DNA of 64,000 nucleotides from Ignavibacteriae bacterium HGW-Ignavibacteriae-3 (GCA_002839795.1 PGYS01000002.1:11274-75273); one strand, 5' to 3'; positions 26,615 to 38,547 are shown, numbered from the stretch's first letter. Translations and numbers: made by a program. Notes: generated by a model not told the origin, from the sequence alone.

Positions 26615-29600
26615 CTACCCATTTTCTCCGGTAAGGCGTGCAATCTGCAAAAGATAAAATCTTAAAAGGTCCTGCTGCTTTGGCGAAAGCGCCTGTTCTT
26701 CAATCTTTATTATTCTTTCCACTTCCTTTATTGCCCTAACTATATTTATGGGTACTTCAACCATTCCCTCGGAAACCGAGGATAGATATTCAAATGCGGC
26801 AGCAAGAAATTGACGCATATTATCATCGCCGGACATTCGGAAAAAACTGCTTATCTCAGTGGAGAATTTTAATTTTTTAGGCGCAAATGGTAATTCTTTT
26901 GTGCTGCTATTCGCCGATAACGAATGCAGAGCAACCGCCAATTCGGAGAAGCTCGCAACTCTCTGAAATACGGGCTGTTCAAGAAGATCCCAGCTTTTTT
27001 CTCTCCACATTTTAATATGAACCGGCACGACAAGAAGATTTTTCATAGCATCAATCCATTGCGGATCGACTTTACCTTTTATTGATGAAAGAACTGCTTC
27101 CGGATCCGTATTGAACAAATTTGACTGAAGAAGAACGGCTAGATCGGGGCGAAGGGTCGGCAATAGATCAGGAATAAATTTTCCGTTCTCAAAAAAATCG
27201 GTTACATCCAGCCCGTGTCTTCTCATTAATTCACGCTGGAAAAGATAAAGGTACGTGTTCATTGAATCGATATCTTCACGCAATGCCACAAAAGCAGAAT
27301 TGGCGGCAGGAAATGCTTTTTCCAATTTATTCAGATAGATCAGATCATAATCATGATAAATTCTTAAGGAATGTAAAATTTCATAAACGGGCAGGTTGGG
27401 CAGAATCCTGTCTTCTATTAATGCAACGGCTTCCCCTTCCGAAAAATCTTTTTGGGAAAAAATATTCAGGGCTCTGAATAAACCCGTTGTTAACTGATTA
27501 ATTCCGAGCACAGCCGTCTGAGATTGATTATGAGCAATTGCCCTTAGCATGCTTCCGTATCGGGAAAAAGGAATTGTCTCCGAAATTTTTTCGAGAATTT
27601 TCTGTCCAGCGCTTTCGGAGACTCCCTGTCCGGGACGTATGGTCGGCCTATCCCTCAGCGGCGGTGTGGTTCTTGCAATGAAATATGAAATTATATGAAT
27701 TCCAAAAACGTCTTCTTCCCGTCCGTACAGTATTTGTCTGAAATTCTCAGTTACGATAGAAAGAAATTCATCAAACAGAATATCTTTTCTTCCGATTGTA
27801 AGTCTTTCCAGTTCCTGAAGGCCGCGCGACCGGAATTGCAGACGTGTTTCAACCAGAGGTTCCCCGGCACGGATAATTTCCGTCTCGTAAAATTTTTGTG
27901 ATTCTTTCGCATGAAAAAGAATCTGAGCCAATTCTCCGGCGGGAATATTCCGGAAGTTTTCGGAAAGACCGCTTTGGAAAGTACGCAGATCCCCTCCGGC
28001 AAAAATTCCCATCAATGGAGTCGTGGCATACCCGGTGCTTTTCTTTGTAGATTCCTTTAAGTGAGTTGAAAATCTTCTTTGTGAGTCGGTGGAATTTGAA
28101 AACGCCGCAGATCCCGCGACGGCAGAATAATAACCTCCCTGACGCTGCATCGGTTCCCCGCTTCCCATTTTCATTCTTACTGTTCCGCTCAATCCTTTTT
28201 CAGCGAGCCAGGAAGTCAGATCATATTTTGCTTTTTTGTAAAGCATCATTCCGGCAGCCTGCCCAACTTGCTGACTAAGGTCCGATCCGGCGACGAATAC
28301 TTCACAAATAATTTCAAGGAATCGTTCACCTGTGTCTTGGTTTAGCCTTCTGCTCTGCAGCGAATGCTCCCAGATTTTATTAAGATAATTATTAAGTCCT
28401 TCAACAGTATCCAGCTCTTCAAATAGCGGAATCAGCCATAGCGGCGGATTTTCTTTGTTTAAATTTTTACGCTGACCCTGTTCCCTTCTCGACCTGATTT
28501 TCCTGTCGAGGGCGATCAAAGCCTCAGGTTTTGTTGACATGCTTACCTGCAGCGCCAGGATCATGCCGGGATTATCATACTTGCCTGCAATTTCATTAAT
28601 CTCATTTATATTATGAACGGTGGTATCCATCGCGAACTGATCCTGCGAGGTAATCATTTTCTGATGAATCCGGGGTGTTATTATAAATCTTTTCATCAAG
28701 TCTTTATAAAGACACGCCTCAAGCAGCAGTTCTTTGTTGCCGATATTCTTTTCAATCTCAGGCAGAAGAGAGTTTAATGTTTTCCTGATTTTCTTGTTCA
28801 GCGAGAAATAGTATTCGAGAGCTTTTCTTCTCTGCTGGCGAAGCTCGATCATTTTTCGTTCAAGACGGTCATTGTGATGCCACAATGAAGTAAGCGGATC
28901 CCGGGCAACATGCAGTTTCATTCCGAGCTGTCTGAAACGGCCGGGTTTAAGGTTGAATGGAAGAACGCCCCTGTATCTTTTTTCAAGCTGATGGGTAAGT
29001 TCCGTAATCTCTTTGAGCAATTTAGAGAAGCGTAAATTGGTTTCGGGAAATTTTTCTATTTCCCCAAGCAGAAAAGAATCAATTTTAATTGAACTTTCTT
29101 GTTTGAGAATAAGATTCAGCAATTTTGACTGCCGGGAAATATTTTCTATTACAACCGACGCAACAAGACTGTGCCCCTGACCCGAAGGTCGGTTGCTTCC
29201 GTCCCAATCTCCCCAGAACGAGTGAAAGACCTGATATGATTTATCAGAATAAAGTCCGGTATAATTTTCAGCCGCTATGAATGATTTTAAGTCTGTCAAA
29301 AGTTCCGCAGGTTCATCACCCGATACAATAGCAACATTCAATCCTAAAAATTCTTTAACCAATTCAGCGGAAGATTTTTTAAGAATAGACTCGGTAATGT
29401 TTTTATTCCTGATTGCGAGGTCGATCATCTCTTCGAAGAGCAGTTCCAGTTTAAGCGAGTACATCTGCGTAGGATGGACGGTACGGTCATATAATCTTTC
29501 TTTAAAAACTTTCTTTCTTCTTTCAAGATTATCTTTGTAAAATTCATTTTGCAGCATTCCGATAAGATTTTTTCCCTTATCAGCCAGGGATTTTTCCATC

Positions 29601-32233
29601 AGGTCAAAGGCGATGGTAAGCCTGTCGCGGAATCTCTGTTTGAATAGAGAAAGTCTTTCCGGTAAAAAATCAGTTTCAAAGCGCGCCTCATAGTTCCGGT
29701 TCTTCAACTGGCCGCTGTATGAATTCAATTCTATCCGGAATCTTTCTTTCGAAAAATTCAGTATGCTTTTTTCAATCTCATCCCATTTATCAAAATATTC
29801 AGTCCTTGAAATTAATTTTTTTTCAGAACCTTGATTAAGAATAAATTTTTTCCTGCTGTAATTCGCAGATTCTTCTGCAATCATTCTATTAAGGTCAATC
29901 AGAACGCGTCTGGTTTTTTTCAACAGAATGGATGCATTGTCGGCGCCGCCGAGCGTCAGGCGAAAAGTTTTTCTGCCCCGTTCAAATCCCTTTTCTGTGC
30001 GCGCAAAAGTTGAAAGCGGAAGAAGCCCTATTCCCTGTCTGGCCAATCCCGATGCAAGCCAGTCGAGAGATAATCCATCGGGAAGTCTGTCAATTATCAT
30101 TTGCGGGTACATGCTCCCCTTGGGGGACGTAATGCTTATTTCGAACCGGTTTCTTTCTTTAGGCAGAATATTCACCGCTTCCCGGATCGAATTCATTCTT
30201 TCGTAAAATATTTTATTACGCAGACGCCAGTATGAATTAACAGTCTCTGCCCTGTTTCTGTAAAACAGATAAGTTAAAAACAGAGCGGCAGTGTTCGGTT
30301 CGATTGATGCATTAATCTCCTTAAATTTTTTGTGTATCCCGGGATGCCTTATTTCCACCACGGATAATCTGGCCCCGGCCAGAGAGTCGGTTTTAGAAAC
30401 CGAATGCACCGTGATCAGATAATCTGTCTCTTCGCTCCCAAGGTAGCCGGAGGCCTGCAGTTCATCGGCCAACTGACGGATCGTTTTGATTTTCCGCAGC
30501 CTGTCCGCCGGTTCTACGTTCTGATATGATAAATCGTCGATGACAAATATTTTTCTTTCAAGAAGCCACTTAGTTAGCCGTGTAACCGATTCCGGGGCGA
30601 ATTCCTGACCGGTGGCATTATGTGGATTATTAAGAACAACAGCGCCATAAGTTTTCCAATTCGGGTCCCTCAGAATTTTATCCTTAACCATCTCAATCAT
30701 CGCATCAACATCAAGCTCATAATCATCCGTAAGCGGAACAACGCAAACCGAAGGAAAACAATGTTCGTAAGTCCAGCTTAAATCCGGAATGATGACTTCT
30801 TTAATGCCACAATGAAATCCCAGCAATCCCAATCCAGTTCTTGAAGAACCGCTAACCGCTACCGTACTCGATTTTCTATACTCGGGATGATGTTTCAGAA
30901 ACGAGAAAAGGAAACTATTTGCCAATTCATCATTCCACTCAACTGAATTGATATTCTTAACATACTTATCCAACAGTTCTTTTGAATCGATATCTGAATA
31001 AAGATCATAAGGAAAAAGAGAGGTATATTTTTCAATTTTTCCGGTTAGGTAATTTTCATCATAAATTTTTCTTTCAAGAAGACTTTCTATCTTGCCGGCA
31101 CTTTTATCTACAATTCCGGAAAGTTTTTTCTCCGCATCTTTAACATAAGCGGATGCAAAGGCAACACTGTCAGAGTGAAGATTGGATTCTTCATAAGCCG
31201 GTTCAATTTCTATTGCGGTTTTATTTTGATCATGATCTTCCCTTAGAAGATTTTCCTTCAATATATATGAGAGGAATTCGGCTTCTGAAGCGGAGGGAGT
31301 ACCCTTCAGCTGGAACTGAACAGTTTCCATCACTCTTATATAATCAGAGTTCCCGGCTATGAATACAGTTGAGAGATTATTTAACACCGGGGAAAATATG
31401 CCGGGGGTTAAAAACCGCACTACCCGGTTGATCATTTTAGCTTCGCGGGCAAGTGAAAGATGATTGGGGGCATTATTTATCTCAACGAAAAAGAGGGGAA
31501 ATTCAAGTCCCAGCAGGCGCAGTTTTCTTCTGGTTTCTTCTTTTGTTTCTTTGCCCAATAGGAGAAAGACCGGAATAGTGTCTGATTGATCGAAATTTCT
31601 CTGCAGATCGCCGATCAGTTCATCTTCAATATTTGAAGAGGCAGTTATCTTTAAATTCTGAAATGTCTTCAGGTGTTCGGGAAGCTTGATGCAGTAGGTA
31701 TAAACAGAGGCAGTATTTGAAATCAGGAAATTTGACAGAGAATGAAATAATAGCCGTATAGCTTCGAATACACCACCTGACGAGAGGATTATTTCTCTTT
31801 TCCCTGTGATCTCTCCCAGATCATATGAAAGGGGCTCCTGCTGATTTTTGATAAGCCATTCATTAAAATAATTGACAAGAAAGCCCGGATTTTTTTTGTT
31901 GAATCCGCCGCGCGGCATGTAAGGGGCGCTCTTTTTTATCAGGTCCAGAAAAAGCTGAAGCTTCACAGATTCCTTTTCATCCCAGCCGAGCTCAGTTCTG
32001 ATCAACTCCGGATTATTCACGGAGAGATTTTGATCATCTATCGCCAATCCGAGAACTATTCTTAAAAAAGCTGACGACAGGACATCATCCTGCACAGGAT
32101 TTCCGATATGAAAGTTAACGCGCTCTTCGGCCGCGACCGATGAAGATGCGGTTGCCTCGCTCACCTCCGATACCCTTGCTGCCTTTATCGGCCGGAGTTT
32201 AAAATATTCCAGTGGATCTGTGTGTTGTTTCAT
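26615..32233 (-). CDS. Giant fusion protein: degenerate plus intact class I/II aminotransferase modules fused to a divergent PEP-carboxylase-like domain
   Basis: Uninterrupted 1872-codon ORF. Aminotransferase motifs are NNPHNATG (aa 535-542), DDLSY, and SVSK with Lys614. PEPC-like motifs are collinear with E. coli Ppc: TVHPTQ (H920), FWGDWDGSN (1006-1014), PLFEE (1269-1273), AGSDLS (1315-1320), [13 protein letters not shown] (1355-1367), LRAI (1563-1566) and C-terminal RLTGENG. Confidence 0.8.
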   Translation of the reverse strand: MKQHTDPLEYFKLRPIKAARVSEVSEATASSSVAAEERVNFHIGNPVQDDVLSSAFLRIVLGLAIDDQNLSVNNPELIRTELGWDEKESVKLQLFLDLIKKSAPYMPRGGFNKKNPGFLVNYFNEWLIKNQQEPLSYDLGEITGKREIILSSGGVFEAIRLLFHSLSNFLISNTASVYTYCIKLPEHLKTFQNLKITASSNIEDELIGDLQRNFDQSDTIPVFLLLGKETKEETRRKLRLLGLEFPLFFVEINNAPNHLSLAREAKMINRVVRFLTPGIFSPVLNNLSTVFIAGNSDYIRVMETVQFQLKGTPSASEAEFLSYILKENLLREDHDQNKTAIEIEPAYEESNLHSDSVAFASAYVKDAEKKLSGIVDKSAGKIESLLERKIYDENYLTGKIEKYTSLFPYDLYSDIDSKELLDKYVKNINSVEWNDELANSFLFSFLKHHPEYRKSSTVAVSGSSRTGLGLLGFHCGIKEVIIPDLSWTYEHCFPSVCVVPLTDDYELDVDAMIEMVKDKILRDPNWKTYGAVVLNNPHNATGQEFAPESVTRLTKWLLERKIFVIDDLSYQNVEPADRLRKIKTIRQLADELQASGYLGSEETDYLITVHSVSKTDSLAGARLSVVEIRHPGIHKKFKEINASIEPNTAALFLTYLFYRNRAETVNSYWRLRNKIFYERMNSIREAVNILPKERNRFEISITSPKGSMYPQMIIDRLPDGLSLDWLASGLARQGIGLLPLSTFARTEKGFERGRKTFRLTLGGADNASILLKKTRRVLIDLNRMIAEESANYSRKKFILNQGSEKKLISRTEYFDKWDEIEKSILNFSKERFRIELNSYSGQLKNRNYEARFETDFLPERLSLFKQRFRDRLTIAFDLMEKSLADKGKNLIGMLQNEFYKDNLERRKKVFKERLYDRTVHPTQMYSLKLELLFEEMIDLAIRNKNITESILKKSSAELVKEFLGLNVAIVSGDEPAELLTDLKSFIAAENYTGLYSDKSYQVFHSFWGDWDGSNRPSGQGHSLVASVVIENISRQSKLLNLILKQESSIKIDSFLLGEIEKFPETNLRFSKLLKEITELTHQLEKRYRGVLPFNLKPGRFRQLGMKLHVARDPLTSLWHHNDRLERKMIELRQQRRKALEYYFSLNKKIRKTLNSLLPEIEKNIGNKELLLEACLYKDLMKRFIITPRIHQKMITSQDQFAMDTTVHNINEINEIAGKYDNPGMILALQVSMSTKPEALIALDRKIRSRREQGQRKNLNKENPPLWLIPLFEELDTVEGLNNYLNKIWEHSLQSRRLNQDTGERFLEIICEVFVAGSDLSQQVGQAAGMMLYKKAKYDLTSWLAEKGLSGTVRMKMGSGEPMQRQGGYYSAVAGSAAFSNSTDSQRRFSTHLKESTKKSTGYATTPLMGIFAGGDLRTFQSGLSENFRNIPAGELAQILFHAKESQKFYETEIIRAGEPLVETRLQFRSRGLQELERLTIGRKDILFDEFLSIVTENFRQILYGREEDVFGIHIISYFIARTTPPLRDRPTIRPGQGVSESAGQKILEKISETIPFSRYGSMLRAIAHNQSQTAVLGINQLTTGLFRALNIFSQKDFSEGEAVALIEDRILPNLPVYEILHSLRIYHDYDLIYLNKLEKAFPAANSAFVALREDIDSMNTYLYLFQRELMRRHGLDVTDFFENGKFIPDLLPTLRPDLAVLLQSNLFNTDPEAVLSSIKGKVDPQWIDAMKNLLVVPVHIKMWREKSWDLLEQPVFQRVASFSELAVALHSLSANSSTKELPFAPKKLKFSTEISSFFRMSGDDNMRQFLAAAFEYLSSVSEGMVEVPINIVRAIKEVERIIKIEEQALSPKQQDLLRFYLLQIARLTGENG

Positions 32234-32257
32234 TTATTATTTATTCGATATTCTCAT

Positions 32258-33238
32258 TTATTTATTTTTCTTTTCATCGTTCTTTTGTGAAGAACTGTTA
32301 ACTGCATTCTGGAAATATTTTTGGAACATGCTGATTAAGTCCGAGCCCTGTGAAATATCGTTGGGTGAAAGAGAAATTATGGTCCTGGCATTTTTTAATG
32401 ATTGACTTGCTTCGGCTAATCTTGCCGCCTGTGGAGTAAGCATTAACAATTCTGGATTTTTCTTAAGCATTTCCAGCTCCTGATTGTCGAATTCAAGCTG
32501 CATTTTTTTTCTTTTCAATTCATCTTCCATTCTTTGCTGGGCAAGTTGGGATTCTTTTTCCATCTGATTTTTTTTCAGTTCATATTTCTTCATTTCGAGT
32601 TCATTTTCCATCACCGCAATTTCTTCATCAGCTCTAAGTTTTGTTTTAGCCGCAGAAATTCGCGCCTTCTGATTCAACAATTCAGTCTGCTCGATAATTC
32701 TTGCAGATTCCTGCCGGCGCATTGAGTCTGATATTTCGGGATCAAGCGCTTCCAAAGACTGAACTGTGAGAGAAATAACTTCAAGACCGAATTTATCGGC
32801 CCGGGCAGTTACCTTTTCGTGCAGATAGTTAGAGATATTCTCAGAAGATAATTCCTCAATTCCATATTTTTCGGCATGTTCTTTTACGAGATCATGAATT
32901 ACTATTTCGAGTTCCTTTACGGCTTTTGCCGGCGCGGTGCTATTCCAGCCGCCGACACGTATCAGCGTTGAAATATTTTTCAAGGATGCGGCTACGGTAG
33001 CAGAAAGTTTGATTTTAATATCGAGATTGCCTTTTGCCGCCGCTTCAACACTTAATTGAGTCGATTGTGTTGTGTTAGACAATGCAAGACAAAAATGACG
33101 GGGATAAAACCGACTCTTGCGGAATTCAATTTTTCCCTTCGATTCGAAAAGAATTATCTGATCCGGTTTCCGCAAACGGTATTCATAAATAAAAATTATT
33201 ACCGCCGCGAATAATAAAATACCTGTGATAATCCACAT
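32258..33238 (-). CDS. SPFH/band-7 (flotillin-like) membrane protein
   Basis: N-terminal TM WIITGILLFAAVIIFIY, an SPFH-like core, then a long E/K/Q coiled coil. The stop is 24 nt upstream of the giant ORF start. Confidence 0.65.
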   Translation of the reverse strand: MWIITGILLFAAVIIFIYEYRLRKPDQIILFESKGKIEFRKSRFYPRHFCLALSNTTQSTQLSVEAAAKGNLDIKIKLSATVAASLKNISTLIRVGGWNSTAPAKAVKELEIVIHDLVKEHAEKYGIEELSSENISNYLHEKVTARADKFGLEVISLTVQSLEALDPEISDSMRRQESARIIEQTELLNQKARISAAKTKLRADEEIAVMENELEMKKYELKKNQMEKESQLAQQRMEDELKRKKMQLEFDNQELEMLKKNPELLMLTPQAARLAEASQSLKNARTIISLSPNDISQGSDLISMFQKYFQNAVNSSSQKNDEKKNK

Positions 33239-33450
33239 AGTTCTTTCTCCTAATGATTTTAATCTTTTATCAGATGATTTTTGAGATTTGATGAAGATAG
33301 TTTAAAATCTCACTTAAAAACGTAAATTCAAGATAGAGTGACGGCCAATTTCTGTTTGCCCGATCCGGCCGACAATATACGAAATCCGGCCTGATGGTTT
33401 TTGCTTTTAGGCATTATCCGGTTCTGAAAAACTTTTCTTAGATTATAAAT

Positions 33451-35052
33451 TCACGGCCGATCAACCGGTGTAAACATTTTTTCACTTTCAATTTTAAAAA
33501 GCTTGTAGTTGATGCTGTCGCACAACGCCTGCCAGCTTGCTTCGATAATATTTTCCGAAACTCCAACCGTAGACCAGGTTTCGATTCCATCGCCGGATTG
33601 AATCAGAACCCGGACCTTCGCAGCGGTACCGTTTTTCTCATCCAGTACCCGAACCTTGTAATCGAGCAGTTTTATTGAGGCGATATCCGGATAAAATCTG
33701 AGAAGTGCCTTGCGCAATGCGTTATCAAGAGCGTTTACCGGTCCGTCTCCGTTGGATGCCGTATGCTCAATTTCACCGTCAACTTCGATCTTTAAGACAG
33801 CTTCGACGCTTGAATGATTCTGATTATCAAAAGCTACATGGATTTTTGAATCAAGCAATTTAAAAAACGGCGAAAACTCGTTTGTCTCGGAACGAAGCAT
33901 CAACTCGAATGAAGCTTCGGCCCCGTCGAACTGATAACCTTCATACTCAAGAGACTTAATATGCCTAACCAGTTTTTTGCTTAGATCGTTCTCTTCGGAA
34001 AGGTCAATTCCGAATTCTTTTGCTTTATACTTTATGTTGCTCTGGCCGGAAAGATCAGATACCAGAACTCTCTGTTTATTGCCTACAGATTTAGGACTAA
34101 TGTGTTCATACATTTTGCTATCCTTCATTACCGCGCTTACATGAATTCCCCCTTTGTGGGCGAACGCAGATTTGCCTACAAACGCGGCGCGGGTGTTCGG
34201 GGCAAGATTCATCAATTCACTTACATAGTTTGACAACATTGTAAGTTCATCCAAATTTAAATTCTGTTTGGTCTTCAGATTCATCTTTAACATCAGGTTT
34301 GGAATTATGCTGATCAGGTTTGCGTTACCGCATCTTTCTCCGACTCCATTAACCGTGCCCTGTACATGAACAGCACCGGCCTCAAGTGCAATTAGGGAAT
34401 TTGCCACGGCAAGTTCGCCATCATTATGAGTATGAATTCCGATTGGTTTATTTATTGCCCCCTCAACCTCTTTAACAGCATCATAAATTTCATTGGGGAG
34501 CGAACCGCCGTTTGTATCGCACAGCGTTATTACGTCCGCGCCGGCTTCCTGCGCGGCTCTAATCATTTTCAACGCGAACTGTTTATCATTTTTAAATCCG
34601 TCGAAAAAATGCTCAGCGTCAAATACAACTTTTCTGCCATGTTCTTTTAAATATAGAACAGATTTGTAGATTAGCTCTTCATTTTCGGATTCGGATAATC
34701 CAAGTCCCTTTTCGGCATGAAACCTCCAGGTTTTTCCAAATATTGAAACGATTGGAGTTTCCGCCTTCAGAAGCGCATTTAAATTCGAATCATCCAAAAT
34801 TTTATCCGGGAATCTTGCTGTCGATCCAAACGCGCAGATAAGGGCCTTTTTTAATTTTAGTTTTGCGACTTTTTGAAAGAACTCCTCGTCGCGCGGATTA
34901 CTGCCCGGCCAGCCGCCTTCTATTATATCAATTCCAAATTCATCAAGTTTTTGGGCAATGCTAAGTTTGTCATTGATGGAAAGATTAACTCCTTCCCCCT
35001 GGGTTCCGTCGCGGAGTGTTGTATCGAACAATTCTATGTATTCGGATTTCAT
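33451..35052 (-). CDS. cimA: (R)-citramalate synthase (LeuA-family paralogue)
   Basis: DTTLRDGTQGEG, HTHNDGELAVANS, a C-terminal LeuA-dimer-type regulatory domain and a length of about 530 aa. A second bona fide leuA sits in the same operon. The CimA versus LeuA assignment is by resemblance only. Confidence 0.7.
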   Translation of the reverse strand: MKSEYIELFDTTLRDGTQGEGVNLSINDKLSIAQKLDEFGIDIIEGGWPGSNPRDEEFFQKVAKLKLKKALICAFGSTARFPDKILDDSNLNALLKAETPIVSIFGKTWRFHAEKGLGLSESENEELIYKSVLYLKEHGRKVVFDAEHFFDGFKNDKQFALKMIRAAQEAGADVITLCDTNGGSLPNEIYDAVKEVEGAINKPIGIHTHNDGELAVANSLIALEAGAVHVQGTVNGVGERCGNANLISIIPNLMLKMNLKTKQNLNLDELTMLSNYVSELMNLAPNTRAAFVGKSAFAHKGGIHVSAVMKDSKMYEHISPKSVGNKQRVLVSDLSGQSNIKYKAKEFGIDLSEENDLSKKLVRHIKSLEYEGYQFDGAEASFELMLRSETNEFSPFFKLLDSKIHVAFDNQNHSSVEAVLKIEVDGEIEHTASNGDGPVNALDNALRKALLRFYPDIASIKLLDYKVRVLDEKNGTAAKVRVLIQSGDGIETWSTVGVSENIIEASWQALCDSINYKLFKIESEKMFTPVDRP

Positions 35053-35078
35053 TTTGCTTCTCTAATAAATAATAAATT

Positions 35079-35636
35079 TCATATCATCCCGGAAGTGCGG
35101 GCGAATTCAAATAAACCGCCTGCCGCGACAATTTCAAAAACATCTCCAAGCGGATTAAGCTGATAAATTTTTCCGTCGGTGTGATTAGTTAACCGGTTCT
35201 CTTCGACATTGAGTTCAACCTGATCTCCCGTTTTAATTTTGTCGTTAAGCTTAAGCTGACTTTCGTACGGAATCACAAATCCGCCGTCAACAGAGTTCCG
35301 GTAAAATATTCTGGCATAAGATTGGGCGATAACAACTTTCACTCCGGCAACCTGAAGCGAAAGGGGCGCGTGTTCACGCGATGATCCACAGCCGAAATTC
35401 GTACCGCCAATAACTATGCTGTACTCTGATTTATGATCATCCCCTTTTATAAACGGTATTCCTCCGTCCGGCAATCCCGCTTTTTCTACAGGGACACTTG
35501 AAAGTGCGTAGTGGCCGTATTTTTTTAATTCTTCGGGGTCGTTTGTGCTGTAGACAAGATGTTCCGCAGGAATTATTTGATCGGTATCGATATTATCTCC
35601 TAAAACATATGCCTTGCCGATTATTTTCTTTTCCAT
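35079..35636 (-). CDS. leuD: 3-isopropylmalate dehydratase small subunit
   Basis: GTNFGCGSSREHAP aconitase swivel-domain motif and a short (archaeal-type) length. Confidence 0.85.
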   Translation of the reverse strand: MEKKIIGKAYVLGDNIDTDQIIPAEHLVYSTNDPEELKKYGHYALSSVPVEKAGLPDGGIPFIKGDDHKSEYSIVIGGTNFGCGSSREHAPLSLQVAGVKVVIAQSYARIFYRNSVDGGFVIPYESQLKLNDKIKTGDQVELNVEENRLTNHTDGKIYQLNPLGDVFEIVAAGGLFEFARTSGMI

Positions 35637-35660
35637 AATAATTTCCTATACCAAACTGTA

Positions 35661-36956
35661 TTATAAGAGCTCTCTTGGATCTGTTATCACACCTCTTATT
35701 GCGGAGGCGGCGACAGTCAGCGGTGATGCCAAATATACCTGTGACGATTTGCTTCCCATTCTTCCGGGGAAATTTCTATTTGTTGTCGATATTACAACAT
35801 CACCTTCCACACTTCTTCCAATTGTATCAGAAGGACCGCCGAGACAGGCGGCGCAAGAGGATTCCGCAAGAATGCAGCCGGCGTTTTCAAAAATATTTTT
35901 AAGAGAAAAGCCCTTAATGGTTTCTTCTTCCAGCTGTTTTGCTACAGCAGTGCTTGCGGGAACAACAAATGTGGTTACTTTCACTTCGTTGCCTAACAGA
36001 ATTTCTGCGGCGTACCTGAAATCGGTTATCTTTCCTCCCGTACAAGAGCCTATATAGCATTTTGTCAATTTGGTGCCTTCGACATTGCGTACCGTGTCCC
36101 TGTTATCGGGGCTGTGTGGTTTTGCAACCAGCGGTTCAATTTTTGAAACATCGTATGAATATTTTGAATGATAGACTGCATCATCGTCACTCTTAAACTC
36201 ATCATATTCATCAACTCCGATGTCGCCAAGATAATTTTTCGTGGTTTCATCAACCGCAATTATTCCATTCATTCCGCCTGCTTCTATGGCCATATTTGTT
36301 AAAGTCATCCTTTCGTACATTGAGAGAGAATTTACCGCCTCGCCATCGAATTCCATTGCTCTATAGGTGGCTCCGTCTGTTCCGATATCTCCAAGTATCT
36401 GAAGGATCAAATCTTTGGCGGTTAAATACCCCGGCATTTTTCCATAAAATGTAAACTTCATCGACTCCGGAATTTTCTCCCAGATTTTTCCCGTTCCAAG
36501 AATAAATGCGGCGTCGGTATTTCCAACTCCGGTCGCGAACATTCCGAAAGCTCCCGATGTACACGTGTGAGAGTCCGTCCCGAACAATACAGTTCCGGGA
36601 ACATTATAGCCTTCTTCCGCCAGAGCAATGTGACATACACCTTTATAGCGTTCTGTTCCGACATCATAATAGTTCGGTAAATCATATTCACTTGCAAACT
36701 GGCGAAGTATATCAACATTTCTGTTCGCGTGAGAATTTTTTGTGAATATATAATGATCCGGAAAAATCACCAGCTTTTCTTTATCCCAGATTTTTGCCTT
36801 CTCGCCGAATTCTTTTTTCCAGATCGCAATCGTAGGAGGTCCGCAAACATCGTGCGTCATGAGAACATCAACATCGAGCCAGACATTCTCGCCGGGTATA
36901 ACTGAAGTACGTTTTGAGGATTTTGCTAATATTTTTTCAGTGATGGTCATTCGCAT
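35661..36956 (-). CDS. leuC: 3-isopropylmalate dehydratase large subunit
   Basis: Fe-S ligand contexts GTDSHTCT, GSCTGG and SCAACLGG, plus NRNFPGRMG. Confidence 0.9.
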   Translation of the reverse strand: MRMTITEKILAKSSKRTSVIPGENVWLDVDVLMTHDVCGPPTIAIWKKEFGEKAKIWDKEKLVIFPDHYIFTKNSHANRNVDILRQFASEYDLPNYYDVGTERYKGVCHIALAEEGYNVPGTVLFGTDSHTCTSGAFGMFATGVGNTDAAFILGTGKIWEKIPESMKFTFYGKMPGYLTAKDLILQILGDIGTDGATYRAMEFDGEAVNSLSMYERMTLTNMAIEAGGMNGIIAVDETTKNYLGDIGVDEYDEFKSDDDAVYHSKYSYDVSKIEPLVAKPHSPDNRDTVRNVEGTKLTKCYIGSCTGGKITDFRYAAEILLGNEVKVTTFVVPASTAVAKQLEEETIKGFSLKNIFENAGCILAESSCAACLGGPSDTIGRSVEGDVVISTTNRNFPGRMGSKSSQVYLASPLTVAASAIRGVITDPRELL

Positions 36957-36972
36957 AAAAATCTCTTTGTGT

Positions 36973-38547
36973 TTATTTGAGAGCGATTCCGTTCTCGTTT
37001 ATTTCAACTTTTGTGTTTGCGAAAAGAAGAAACTGATTTATTGCCTGCAGATATGCCTTGGCGCTTGCTTCAATAATATCCGTTGAAGTTCCTCTTCCCG
37101 TAAATGAATTTTCTTCGCTCCTGATTCTGATTATTGATTCTCCAAGAGCCTGTCTTCCGGAAGTAACCGAGCGAACACTGTAAGATTCAACAGTAGGCTT
37201 TATGTCAAGCGCTCTTTCGATTGCGTTGAATACAGCGTCCACCGGTCCGTCGCCGGTTGATGATTCCTGAATAACTTCCTCTCCCGTTTTAATTCTAACG
37301 GTAGCTGTCGGGATAGTATTAGTTCCTGCATTAACGTGCATATATTCAAGTTCGTAATATTCTTCCGTTTTAAAAATTTCATCTCCCATTAAAACTCTGA
37401 GATCGTCATCAAACACTTCTTTCTTTTTATCCGCCAGGTCAACAAACGCGTTATAAACTTTTTGCAATTCCTCTTCGGTCAGATGATATCCTAATTCCTT
37501 CAGTCTTACTTTTAAGCCGTGTCTACCGGAATGTCTGCCTAAAACTATTTTTGTTTTATTTACGCCCACCGATTCCGGGGTCATTATTTCATACGTCTGT
37601 TTATTCTTGAGCATCCCATCCTGATGAATTCCCGATTCATGAGCAAAAGCATTATCCCCGACAATGGCTTTATTCGGCTGGACAACAATTCCCGTAAAGC
37701 CGGAGACCATTTTACTGGTATTATAGATTTCTGAAATATTAATTCCGGTGAAATAGTTTACAATATCTTTTCGAACTCTCAACGCCATAGCGATCTCTTC
37801 GAGAGACGCATTACCGGCCCGCTCCCCGATTCCGTTTATTGTACATTCAACCTGTCTCGCTCCGTTTTGAATAGCCGCAAGAGAGTTTGCAACGGCAAGA
37901 CCGAGATCATTATGGCAATGAACACTTATAACGGCTTTATCTATATTTTTTACTCTTTTTTTCAATTCAAAAATTTTAGCTCCGAATTCTTGCGGAAAAT
38001 TGTATCCGGTAGTATCGGGTATATTAACCGTTGTAGCACCCGCATCGATAGCCGCTTCAATAATGTCGGCCAGATAACCGATGTCCGTTCTTCCGGCATC
38101 TTCGGCTGAAAATTCAACGTCTTGTACAAATGTTTTTGCAAAAGCAACGGCATCGTATGACATTTTCAAAACGGTTTTTCTTTTCTCCTCAAGTGTAGCA
38201 CCGTATTTGCTGTCGCCGAATTTTCCAAGAACATGAATATCGGACGTGCTTGAAAAAGTATGTATGCGGGGATTTTTGGCATTTCTCAGGGCATCGTAAG
38301 CAGATTTAATATCAACCTCTTTAGCCCGTGCAAGCCCTGCGACGATCACTTCCAGTTCACCGGCAATTCTTTTAACCGCTTCGAACTGTGCCGGTGAGGA
38401 GACGGGAAAGCCGGCTTCAATTACATCAACATTCAGCGCAGCCAGCTGACGCGCAATTTCAAGTTTTTCAAATACATTCAATGAGGCACCGGGAGATTGT
38501 TCCCCGTCTCTTAATGTTGTGTCGAAGATTATTATTTTTTCATCCAT
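36973..38547 (-). CDS. leuA: 2-isopropylmalate synthase
   Basis: DTTLRDGEQSPG, HCHNDLGLAVANS, HESGIHQDG and a C-terminal regulatory domain. Confidence 0.9.
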   Translation of the reverse strand: MDEKIIIFDTTLRDGEQSPGASLNVFEKLEIARQLAALNVDVIEAGFPVSSPAQFEAVKRIAGELEVIVAGLARAKEVDIKSAYDALRNAKNPRIHTFSSTSDIHVLGKFGDSKYGATLEEKRKTVLKMSYDAVAFAKTFVQDVEFSAEDAGRTDIGYLADIIEAAIDAGATTVNIPDTTGYNFPQEFGAKIFELKKRVKNIDKAVISVHCHNDLGLAVANSLAAIQNGARQVECTINGIGERAGNASLEEIAMALRVRKDIVNYFTGINISEIYNTSKMVSGFTGIVVQPNKAIVGDNAFAHESGIHQDGMLKNKQTYEIMTPESVGVNKTKIVLGRHSGRHGLKVRLKELGYHLTEEELQKVYNAFVDLADKKKEVFDDDLRVLMGDEIFKTEEYYELEYMHVNAGTNTIPTATVRIKTGEEVIQESSTGDGPVDAVFNAIERALDIKPTVESYSVRSVTSGRQALGESIIRIRSEENSFTGRGTSTDIIEASAKAYLQAINQFLLFANTKVEINENGIALK

